Origin: Catajapyx aquilonaris
Lineage: Eukaryota
Assembly (NCBI GenBank): GCA_000934665.2
Contig: KZ538311.1
Coordinates: forward strand, 62,001 to 126,000
Length of the DNA stretch: 64,000 bases
Direction: 5' to 3'
Shown one piece after another: positions 1 to 11,700 of this stretch. A program made the translations under genes and the position numbers. How positions within the stretch are numbered: the stretch's first letter is position 1; every line of letters starts with the position of its first letter. A model generated the notes under the pieces. The model was not told where the DNA came from. It saw only the letters and a program-made list of their open reading frames with translations, and did no database searches.

Positions 1-1555
1 GGAGTGTTGGTGGAAGGGACATGTCGCCTTGGGATGAGGAGGATGGGGAGGACTGGGAAGACAGGAGACGGCGACACTACGGAAGGGAGTCCCCGCCTCC
101 AATGCGACGACCTCCGCCTCCGACCTGGGAGGAGGAAAGGAGGTGGCGAGATTACAGCTACGACGACGGGCGCAGAAGGTACCGGAGAAGGGATGACTAC
201 AGGCGGAGAGAACCCTCTTGGGACGAGGGGCGACGCAGGAAGGAATCCTCCTCCTCCTGGGAGGACACTGACCCGTGGCGTGGTGGCACTGCATGGCGGA
301 GGGACGAAGAGTATGATGACGAGTATCCGCCAGTGTACCAGCGCCGGAGGTATTGCCGGCACAGGTTGTTATCATTTTCATTTGGGCACTGTTTTACACA
401 TTTCGTTGTGAACCATTCCTACCAACCCTGATCAGGCAACAGCCATTCCATCACTCTCTTCCGCCATTTGTATACTTAAGTGTGGCATACATTTAGCTAC
501 CTAATGACCTGATTAATTGTTCCTAACCTAATATTTTATCTGTTCGATGAGCACCGATTTGGTTGATAGCACTCATTTTTATTGGTGCGTATTTTTTAAG
601 GAAGTCTTTCGGTACAGCTCAACAGGTAGCAAGTTTCTATGATGTGAATTGATAATTTTGCGTGCAGTTGTTTAATTTACTTGTGCTGCTTCATTACAGT
701 GACGAAGAGCCAGCACGGCAGAGTGCTGGGGAGGAAGAATATCGACGACCCCGTGTATCCTCAGCAGACCACCGCAGGTATCGTCGCAAGGACTACGAGG
801 ACTATGCGACTACCCGATCTGTGGACGGTGGATACAAGTCGGCTGGCCGCTCTCCTCTTGAGGGTTCGTCTGGCGAAGATCCATTCACACCCACGCCAAC
901 AACAGCGCGTCGGCCAGCTAGTGCTGACGCCAAGCCTGCAACTCAGCGCCAATCACCGTTTGAAGATGACTTCATACCTCCAGATGCACCCGCATCGCGC
1001 CACAACAGTGACCGTGTCCATTCCAGCATGAGTGTGTCAAGTGACGTCAGTGACCACCGATCACCACCTGACGAACGCCGAAAACCCCCTGAGGAACCAC
1101 CGAAGCAGCAATCGCTTGAGGATGTCTTCCTGCCATCTGACGCACCGACCAAGTTTGCTGACTTTGATGGCGCCTTCACCGGAACCAGCAGACCCAACGG
1201 CAAGACCCGGAGGCAGTCACAGTCACCGCAAGAGGACATTGCCAGAGAGCGTCCGAGGCCATCGAGAGTCAAATCATCCGGTTCTGTAATCATGAAGAAG
1301 TCGGAATCAGTGAACATATTCCAGAGGGAGAGCGACCCCTTTGACGACGACTTCTTCAGCTCACCGCTGGCGGAAGAGGATGAGGATGACGTCGAAGAGG
1401 ACGGAGAGGAGGGAGGTGCAGTTGAAGGGGAAGGAGGAGAGTACGAGAGGGCATCAACGTCATCCAGTGGCGGGGTTGGCAGCAGGAGGCATGTGAGAGA
1501 CGGAGGAGATTGGGAGCATGCCTTCCACGCATTCAACTTCCAGAAGGAAAAGTGA
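1..1555 (+). CDS. Dab: 3' part of a Disabled (Dab)-like endocytic adaptor protein (5' end outside window)
   Basis: R/D/E/W-rich exon open from the window start to a phase-2 donor (349 or 364), joined to acceptor cattacag|T at 700 and running to TGA 1553-1555. The C-terminus has AP-2-binding-type motifs EDPF, PFEDDF, FADFD and KKSESVNIFQRESDPFDDDFF, which resembles my recollection of the arthropod Disabled C-terminus. The PTB domain is not in the window, so the name is tentative. Confidence 0.55.
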
Positions 1556-2872
1556 AGGTACGTTTGATGCAATTACTCAAGCTAATTATCACATTGCCAT
1601 CTGACGCATGTTCTGATATTCTTTCCTTCTTTCGTTTCAGATGCAAGACCACAAGACCCAGTGAAAAAATAATAATTTTACAACTTGCCTCTTTGCCAAG
1701 ACATGAAAAAAGTGGTGCCATATTTCTAAAAAATAATAATAACTAATAATTCAACGGCAAAAAAGTCATGCTGTACAGGTGATATTTGTAAATCTGAGAC
1801 TATTTTGCATTTCATAGGACTTATAATGTTGTATAGCGGACGATGACTAGCGGAAACAGACAAATAATTTGCCGTGACTGAAACAGGCGGCTTGTTTGAT
1901 AAATAACGAGATTTGTGCAAAAAAAAAAGAAGATTTTTTGCTAACGGCTCAGCTTCCAGTTGTACATACATTTTTTTTTCCACCTTCCCTCCTTAACCTG
2001 TCTTTTTCCCTACTGTGCCGCACTTTTTAGCTTGCCATGTTTTTATATGCTCGATGTAACTCAAGACGCCCTCCCCCAAGTTTTTCATAGCTATTCCTGG
2101 ACTCTTTCTTCCCCCATCCCGTCATTAATGTCAGCCATGTTTGTTTTTATGTTCCTAAACGGACCCCGATCTCGCAAATCTATTTCAACTTGTTTTTTTT
2201 AGGATATGACGCTTTCTCGTAGGAATGTCGGACGGGAAAGTTTTGCGCAAAAACATCGCGTCATTCATTCTTACCACTTGGAAGCAGAAAGAATACTCTT
2301 AACTACACCAACTGAAATTACTACGCTTACGACGAAGTGGCAAAATCGTTGTGGTGTCAATTTTTATTTGTGAATATTGGAAAAATTTTCATGCTGGCAT
2401 GGCCAAAAGAAAAGAAAAAAAAAAAACGAAAGGAAACTCGCATGTAAATACACAAGCGTACATGAAACCATTTTGTCTTTATTTAACCATTTCCCCCTTT
2501 TCTTTACACTGTGAATGGAAAAATATTTTGATGTGCCCCTTTAGTAGTTTAGTGGAATGGTGATGTACAGCCAACAATGTCATGCCCACTGGCCCGCAAC
2601 AAAGGGCCTCAAGGCGGGTTGTTTGGTCTTTGGTGGAATTATGAATAAGGAATGTGGGAAGCAGCCAATAGTTCGCTCTTTAAAATTGTTTAACAAGAAC
2701 TTGAACAGCAATGGCAACAGAGCCTCGCAACCGTTTCATCCCATGCATAGCACAGCCAATAGATGCTACGGAAAGACACGTCATTAACAGCACAATTTAC
2801 CTGTGGAAATTTGAGTATTGCTGGAATGACATTGGATTTTCAACTGAGTAATGGCAGATGTTTGTTAGAACA

Positions 2873-5050
2873 TTAAAATTTGCAATCATCCATGATGTTG
2901 CGGTACTTTTTCTGGTCCTCCACCATAGATGTGTACACTATGTACTTCTTCTCGTGATACCTGCAAGACAGGAAAGCATGTGTCATGTACACATTGATTC
3001 TGGCTATAATTATTGAATACGTAAAAGTGGTATGCCTACTCCTTATCATCCATGTTGGGGTACACCACAACGCCTGACCCACCCATCTTCACCATTGCCT
3101 CCCTGGCTCCTCCCTCGAAATCCCCTGAAGCAACAGCTCCCATCATAGCCGCTCCAATCAGAACGGACTCAGATTCATAGGGCAGCAACACCGGTATTCC
3201 CAAGACGTCTGCGTGGGTCTGCACAAACAGCTGGTTCTTCCTCAGGCCCCCACATATCACGAGAGTAGTAATGTGGTGTCCGGCTGCTTGCAGGGCTTCT
3301 AATATGTGGCGAGTGCCGTATGCCAACGATTGGATTATGGAGAGGTACAGGCATGCTATTTCATCAACGGATGTTAGCAGGCTCATGCCACTTATCTGTG
3401 TCAAGGAGTGCAGTTAGTACATTAAATGTCAGTTAACTCAGCCATAACACACGGACAACTTAGTTGCATGCATCGAAACACCATGCACAAATGCCAAAAC
3501 TGAAAAATAATTTTTGAGATTCATGACTTCGGTTGGCCGCTTGTTAATAAATGTTACCAGTCAGTTCAGCACAAAATATAATTATTACCGGTACAACATC
3601 TTACCATTCCTTTGAGAGTGGGATCGGCCAGAGGAGACCTATTCCCATGAAAATCAGGCCTCACATGAAGATCTCTCGTCAGTCTGGCGATGCTTCCAAT
3701 CTTCCTGTCAGCAGCCATCTTTTCCAGCGCTTCACTCAACATGGCATCAACATGGCCTGACAGCTTCACCGTTCTGGCGCTGTTCAAGTTCCTCAATCCC
3801 AAGCGATCCTTCAGTTCGTCAAACGCGGGATGCGTTTCAACCAGGCATTCCATCAGGAGTCCTGAAGCAGACTGTCCCCCTTCAGCCACCCAGTAGTTGT
3901 CAATCATTGCTCCAAAGTACGGACCCCAAACGCCGGGGACGAATATTGGATTACGGTTTACCACCAAGTGGCAGGATGACGTTCCAGCAATAATGCTCAT
4001 GCGGCACTCAAACTCATCTCTGCTATCGCCTATGTGGCCCTTCTGCTCCAGGTTGCAGCCAAGGACACCAACAGCGCCAGCATGGGCATCGATCAATGAA
4101 GCGCCAACAGGGATGCCTGCAGGAAGCTCCAGAAGGTCAGCTGCTGCAGAGCTCAAGCCTTGTGCGATTGGGGTGCCTGGTGGGTGAACCTCCATACCTA
4201 AAGACACGAGATCATTATGGGCTTGACAGTCTGGATACTAACACTCCATACCGATTTTTCTCCAGTTGTCGTCAGCCAGATCTTCCAGCCCAATCAGCTT
4301 AACAAATTCCTTGTTCCAACCCATCCCGCTTCCGTCCTCCTTTACCTCATAGTTCCACTTGCACACCATGGAGCAGAGGGAGCGGGAGTCATGACCTGTT
4401 GCCTTCCAGGTCAGGAAGTCGGGGAGGTCAAAGAAGTACCCTGCCCTGTCCCAACAGGTCTCCCGCAGGTGGCGTTTAAGCCACAGCAACTTGGGCAGCT
4501 CCATCTCGAGTGACACCTTACCCCCGACATACTTCAGAACCGGATGGCCCGTGCTGTTTATCTCGTTCGCTTCGACACCGGCTCGGTGGTCCATCCACAT
4601 CACTATGTTCTGATCGTCATTTCCTAATGATTAAGGCGGTTAATTATGTGTTTACTTTGCGCATTATAAAAACCATACCATCGGGGCTGACTGTGACTGG
4701 CTTCCCGTCAGTGCCAATGCAGACTAGGGAGCAAGTCGCATCGAATCCAATCCCATGAATCAGATCGGCCGGTACATTGTGTGTCACTTCCTGCGTCAAT
4801 GACATAAGTTTGTACTAGTTTAGCATGTGTCCTACTGTACAAGTAATGGTTTCACCTTAATGACAGTACAGCAGGCATGCCATATGTCGTCTGAACTCTG
4901 CTGGTACAACCCTTCCATCGGAGACCAGGTTCGAATCTCGTGTACGGACGTGGCCAGCACCTTCCCTGCCTCGGACACCAGGGCCGCCCTCACGCTTCCA
5001 GACCCAACATCCACACCCACGTAGCACTTATCCGGAATGGTCATCTCCAT
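2873..5050 (-). CDS. FGGY: FGGY carbohydrate kinase domain-containing protein (D-ribulokinase-like), 6 coding exons, 571 aa
   Basis: Exons 5050-4856, 4790-4679, 4623-4252, 4197-3605, 3395-3040 and 2960-2873, all GT-AG with consistent phases, total 1716 nt. Motifs [78 protein letters not shown]. Confidence 0.95.
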
Positions 5051-5166
5051 GGCCGTCGGAGTGAACAGTCTCTCTGTCGATCCGCTGCTCTTCAGGCTGG
5101 ACCGCCTGTGATATCCAAACAATTTCTGCCAAAAAAATTAGCAATAATAACAACAACAACAACAAT

Positions 5167-5169
<3 letters not shown>

Positions 5170-5247
<78 letters not shown>
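5170..5247. repeat. (AAT)26 microsatellite preceded by a short (AAC)n run
   Basis: Perfect AAT tandem array read directly; it explains the poly-Ile ORFs in the track. Confidence 0.97.
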
Positions 5248-5248
<1 letters not shown>

Positions 5249-5438
5249 CCAGTATTGGAACATGAGCTACAATTTATTGCTGAAATTCCATAGAAGCAAT
5301 GAGCCAACTCTTGTTATGTTGTGTTATATGGAATGTGCTGTTTCTAATGGACCGTTAGGCACCAATTATTTGGCAGTGTACGCCCTGCAATTATACAATT
5401 TTTATCAGTTATTTAACTACGTACGTGCTGCGTTCGCT

Positions 5439-5720
5439 CCATCTTTGGAATCAGTGGGATGTTGCCAGATGGAGTTGTCCTGTCAGACAATAATCGAAAT
5501 GTAAATCTCAAATATCTGTTGGGTGATCTAAAAATTATTGCACTAAATTTAGTGTTCATAATTGCAATAGTTTCAATTTTGTTCCAGATATTTACATGGG
5601 ACAGAAATTGGATCGATCTGGCAACACCGCTGTTTCAAGATGGCGTCGAATTTTGTGGCGCGCATTTTTCGTGGAGGACAAAAACTTTTTTAAGAAACTT
5701 TTTGTCGTGTATTCTGGCGG
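5439..5720. promoter_or_regulatory. Putative bidirectional promoter (FGGY on -, probable RIPOR 5' leader exon on +)
   Basis: Inverted pair of ATCTGGCAACA (5470-5460 on -, 5616-5626 on +), each followed by YY1-like AAGATGG (5445-5439 on -, 5637-5643 on +). A + strand donor CGG|GTGAGC lies at 5720/5721. Confidence 0.5.
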
Positions 5721-8700
5721 GTGAGCCTGCCCCGGGCGTTGCCCAGGGGCGAACACGGACTGTGATCTACATGCGGGATGAACTGTACAACTAGCGACAG
5801 TCAGCAGGCAACAGATGCCAGTTGTTCGTGGTTTGTATTAATTTCAGGAAAAAATTTGTCAAAAATTGAAATCAAAGGCTAACTATTTGCTTGAGAATAT
5901 ATTTAAAAAGTACAATTTACAATACGATTTCAAAGCTGTGTGTACTCAAAAGTAATGCGCCGCCATACAGTTGTAAATTACTGTCCCGATAATATTATGT
6001 TCAAATAGTTGCTGTCAATCATAATATTGAAATCAGCGCTATGTAATTATGTTACTAGCTGCCATATCTCCAGCGCATGTCACATCACGAAACGTAATTA
6101 ATGAAAACTCAAACAGCCACTGATTTATTGGTAGTTTAATACACTGTCATATATAAAACATTATTATAACTGCCTCCGTAATTGCCACAGCTATATAGTG
6201 CGATATAAACTATTAAATAAATTGCTCTAAATTAATGCATCATATATACCGTGTGGAAAGTTACATATCACATTGCATTTGTTGCCTACTCGGGCGTAGT
6301 TTCATTAATGGATTGAAGTATTTGATGGTGATTTAATTAGGTATGCGAATTCGCTCATTGGCTGGCTATCTAGAGCAGATAATTGTGGCCTAACAGGTGG
6401 CATCCCATGCATTTTCTTCATGCAGCATCGCATGTTGCTGCCAAGAGATGGCAGGACTCTATTTAACCATCCTTTGAACCACAGTTTCACAAACCACAGC
6501 AAACCAAAATACTGTAATTTGTTGGTACAATTTCGCACAATAACACAGCATTTTCATACATCATTCAACACACACCTGGATTATATTTAGTTATTCATCT
6601 TTGACGCCCATTTTCCGATGAACCTTCTCTGCAATTTTTTTCATTTTTCTTTTTTTAACAAAATCGGACAATGGTTGCAACTCACGTTTACAATTTGCAT
6701 TCTGAATCCCCCACTTTTCGATTCATGGCCTGCGACATAAAAACTTTCCGGGCAGAAGATCCTTTTGTCGCGGAGCTAGATGGGAAGGAAAAATTAAAAT
6801 TCAGCTCATTGGCACACGATTTCAGTTTTTTTTCTTTCTTTTTCTACAGGGCATTTTGGTTTTTTTTTTTCAAAAAAAAGGGGGGGGGGGTGACAGATAA
6901 GCAGAGTGAAGGTACGCATATAAGTGAGCTTTTCGTCGTGCTTTCTTCCCATCCGAGATGACAGTGAAAGTCCACAGTTTTCTCGGTCGCGCACCAAAAC
7001 CACCGACGTGAAAACCAGTATGTAGCCCTACTATGCGGTTGGTAAACGTCCTATAGTGTGACAATCAAACTGGTGACATGACCTCGTCAATAATTACTGG
7101 AGGACAAAGTGTCTCCTTGCACTATTAACGCTTTAAAAATTTTAATATATCTGCATGGTACATCTGCTGGAGTTCTAAATTAACCCTGCGAAAATATTTG
7201 CAGTTTCAAACTGCTTATGGCCCATACTGCAATGGTCATTAACTTGGCGGCAGCTGCAGCTCGATTGCAAAATGGCATCATGCAGCCAAAACTTTTTAAC
7301 CACTCATGAAATTATTACACACGTGTATAATTATTACAGTGCAGCGTCTCCATCCGGAATGGTTTTCGCGTGCGGATCAAGAGTACATTGAACGGTAATG
7401 CACCCTCCTCATTGATTTTACGTGTCATATGCATATAAACCCCTCCCCTACATATACGTACTATACACACACTCTTCCATCACGCATTTTATAACATCGA
7501 TATAGGAGAGCTCTTTCTATCGATTTCAAGTGCAAAATTTTCCCTCAGCCTGAACAGCCCGGAAAAAGACCTAATAAATAGAGAACTCACCTAAAGGCGA
7601 GAAATAGTGCGGAGTGGTCAGTTCAGCCTCAAGGATCGACACTATCGGATTTTTCTAAGGGCTTCTTATCTACTATTTTTTTGCTATAGCTGTGATAGGC
7701 ACTTGGCCCGCATTCTACAAGGCCCTGCAGATAGAGCATGAAAGGTCAGCGGTATCGTCCACATTTTTTTTTATTATATGAAGATGCCTGAGGTTCGTTA
7801 CGTGTATCGGACCAGAAATTGGTTATACGTTTCCTTGCACACACAGACTGGATTTTAACAGCCAGAAACTCCCAGACGAAAAGAAGCTTTCCTGTCAAAA
7901 TCGATCATGTTTACCGCTTTTCTGGCCTTTTGTTGCCAGCTTCCAGACGAAGGGAATTATATTTCTGCCCTCTGAACCCTGGGAAGGAGGTGTTGAAAGG
8001 CTTGGTTTTTTTATAGACGTAGCAGGCGTTGAGAGGTCCACTCTATGCAGTGTTGAATTGGCAGTGAAAAGGGGTCAACGTCCCTAATCAATTTGGGCTC
8101 TCTTCTGGAGCTGGCTGTGAAAGTGACGTTTTTTTTTGAGGGTCCAGTTCCTTGACGAACTTGACACGAATTTTTTGGCCAAATCGGCAATTTAAAGGTG
8201 CCAGTCTTAAGTTTAGATCACACCAGGGTGGTATTCGGGTCAGGGGAAAGCGGCCAGTTTCTTTCCTTAATTGTTATCAAACACTTACCTTTCTTAGCGG
8301 GTTTACTAGCAAAACGCTACTGGTTTCGTGCTTGGCGAGAGTACAAGGTGTGAGATTGGTCACGTAAAAGATGCAAAAACGTGTGTTGGAATGCGGGAGT
8401 TTTAATAGGAGCCCCGAGTAGCATTTAGCAGGGCTTCCCAAGACGGCTGTATAATAAAAAGGACCAGGAAACTGAAACCTTCCTATATAAGGCATCATAT
8501 ATTTTCCTCCCATCTTGCAAATGACGGATCCGGGCTTGGGGGCAATCCGGCCGTAAGCCTTGATCCTTATCCCGGATCAGTTCACGCCTGTCTGCGATGG
8601 CCCACCGTGCATATATTGTAATCAAGAAACTCTGAGATGAGGAAGTCCTGCGGCTGGCAGGTACAAAAGTTACTGAAAAAAAATGCAAATTGATCACCCC

Positions 8701-11700
8701 CCTCAGGAATTTTTGTGGGGCTCCTATTAAGTCGTTTTAATTACCAAAATAAGTAGGCTATCTCAAGTCCTTGGTATGCAAATTTTTTTTACAATGTTTG
8801 AAACTAGAGTAACGACAACATTCACTATTTGATGTCTCATTTGCCCTTGACTTCACAGCCGTATGCCACGTCTTACATTGTTCAAGTTGCTGGCGATGAA
8901 ATGTATAGCTCAAGAAATATTTGAGGACATGGCTTGGAGACATATGGTTGTATGGACATAAATACGGTTCTAGATGACAGGGGGGGGTTTGATATGCTTT
9001 CTTCGTCATGTCAGCAGCTCCTAGAAACGGCTTTTTTCTCTCTCGTCCTTTCGCCTCACACACATAATCTACATATCCGCACTTTCACGTCTTGGTGCTG
9101 CTCCGTCTGGTTCCGCACGGATGCTCAATTAATATTCATGCATGCCTCGGGTTCAGCGTATGACGCGGTGTTAATTCACCTCTCTTTTATCCTCCGTATA
9201 TATTTTCACGCCTTGTCGGTTCCAGCCAAGGACGGTCGGATTGACTGCCAAGTTCCCCCCCCCCCCCCCTTTTTTTTTTCGCAACATAAGCGGACATATT
9301 TATAATAGCGTATCCACTCCAAAAAACATTGAGTCAAGGTGACAACCCCATACTTGCATTTTTGTTTTAAACACACTAACCTCACTCATGTGTGTTCCTG
9401 TCTCGGAAACAACTTTTCATCGGGAAGTTAGAGTGGAATCTGGTCTTGACTTTCTCTTGAATGGTCCGTTTTTTTCTCTTTCTGTCGTCTCCTGCAGGTT
9501 GTCTTTTATTTCTTCTCTTGCCACCTGATGAAACAAAGGGTCCAAGCCAGCAATTTCCTGCACATCCGAGACTCTCCCATTTAGCTTTGGCATCCTCCTC
9601 TTTCCCCTACTCCAGCATCCCTGTAGGTCTCTTGAGAGATCGGATGCAATCAGGTGTCGCGGAAGAAGTTGTCGTCGGATTTGTCTTTTTTTTTTTTTTG
9701 GAGGTGCATGCGCGCGCAGTGGGTTTGACAAATTGCCTCTCCTGGGCCTCGCAATCCTCAGAAAACGCTTTCGACCTCATAACCCTCAGGACGATAAATC
9801 CCTGGCACACGACACATGCCCGAAAATCGCCTTATAACCGCGTCAGGTAAAAGGAGAAGTAAATCCCAGAAATCACGGTGTGAGATTATACGGAATTAAT
9901 GGAATGGGACGAGCCAGACTGGAATGACAATGAGTGCAGATATTATCGTTTATGCTGTGCTGCAGTACCTGAACGAGCAAAAGATAGGTGCGTGGAGACT
10001 AAACTTCTCAAAATATACCTGCGGCGTCTTGATCTGATATGAACATGACGGCACCCTAGGGACGCAGTGTTGCCGCAGTTCTATCTTTCTCCTAGAATGT
10101 TTGTCCGACCTGATAGTACGACTATCTCTCACACTACCTGAGGGTGGCGGGAGTGTGCAGAAGGAGTATGCGCCATCTATGCGTGAAAAATACTACTGCG
10201 TGGTAAATCGGCGGGTCATCTCATTAAAAGTTGTTCGATTGTCACTGTCATACTGATTACAAAATTTTGGCAATGAGTTCAGTAGTTTCAGTAGCTTCTT
10301 CGATATCTTAACATTTCTGAAAGTGTTTATTTATTTATTTAAAAAAAAATAGATATATCCAAATCCGACATATGATACATCTAATGTTCAACAAATATTC
10401 CAGATTTTTCATTTATCAGTTGGCGATTCAAGATATCGAGCATACCTAACGTTGCCTAGATTCTGACGGTACATATTACAGTACTGGCTCAAAGTACAGC
10501 ATGGATGAGTGACTGCTGATGCGGTTATCGGAAGAAGAAAACATTCCTGACCTTATTTCCGCAATGAACCAGCAGCCTTCTTCTTCTCTACGTGTATACA
10601 GATGACTGCGGTTAACTGCCCAAGAGAAAGCATCAGCTCTCATAATCATTGTTATTAAAACAGCGATTCTGTAAGGAGGGCCTCCGATGAGTTATCATGC
10701 TACAGTTATGCAATCTTGATTAAGAAGTGAGGCAGCACGCTGTGTGGGCCTCCGTGCAAAAAAAATAGTGTGCAAAAAAAATTGGGACCCCGTTGCGATA
10801 TACACCGAAAGTTTTTGAGATGGCGCGATTGCATTTCAGGTGGTCGCTGTGGCGTCCAATTATGCAGCCATTCACCGATTTGTATGTGAAAATCATGCGA
10901 CACCCATGTTAAAATGGCGTAACATCCCAGCTAAGCGGTGTCGTTTTCACAGTCACGGTTGACAGATGCTGAATTACATTACAGGACGAATTATCGATAT
11001 TTTTTCCACTATATAGTCGTGGTAGCTACTACTAACACACTACTGCTGAAATACACTTTTAAAAATAGTACACGTCAAATTTTATTGGAATATGTATCGA
11101 TGTTGTTGGCTCATAAAATAATTTTATGTACAAAGACTTTTGTGCTCGTTTTCTGATTTGGTATGCGGAACTTGAATCGAATAGCTCAAACTGCTGACGT
11201 CTGGATCGAAACGTCTTCTATCAGACCTGCTTTTATCATGGGGATATTGCATGCCGCTCGTTATAAATCCAGAGACTCCATTCTCGTGCTGCGAACCCAC
11301 TAAATTTTGGCATGGTTCTTTTTTTCCCTTCCTTTGGTCAGCTTCATCCTTATTCCAGGCTTATATTGGGCATGTGACTGTATAGTTCACGTTTCCCAGG
11401 CATGTTCCTCTTGTGTTCTAGGTTGGGGAGAATGAAGGAAATGGGGAGGAGGGAATGAGAGAGGAGTAAACATCGGGTCTGTTGGGATTTCTGCTTCCTT
11501 ACATCCACTTCCGGGTGTCCAAATTGGACTGCCAAGCATAGGATAAAGGCGCGAAAAAGGATCTCTCGTACATGTGGGAAAGGAGCAAAAAAAAAGGAAG
11601 ACTCTGCAAATTTTTTTTTGCGAACCAACTTTTGGTTGGAGACAGAAAAAATAATGGGACGCCGAACCATTAAGTTGTCAAGGGAACTGGAAAATTATTT

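Noticed and set aside
4..1572. Overlapping alternative-frame and antisense ORFs (4-411, 681-1031, 943-1572)
   Set aside because: Shadows of the GC-rich, low-complexity Dab-like exons, with no independent motifs.
4940..5307. ORFs with poly-Ile runs that look like transmembrane proteins
   Set aside because: They are translations of the (AAT)n microsatellite.
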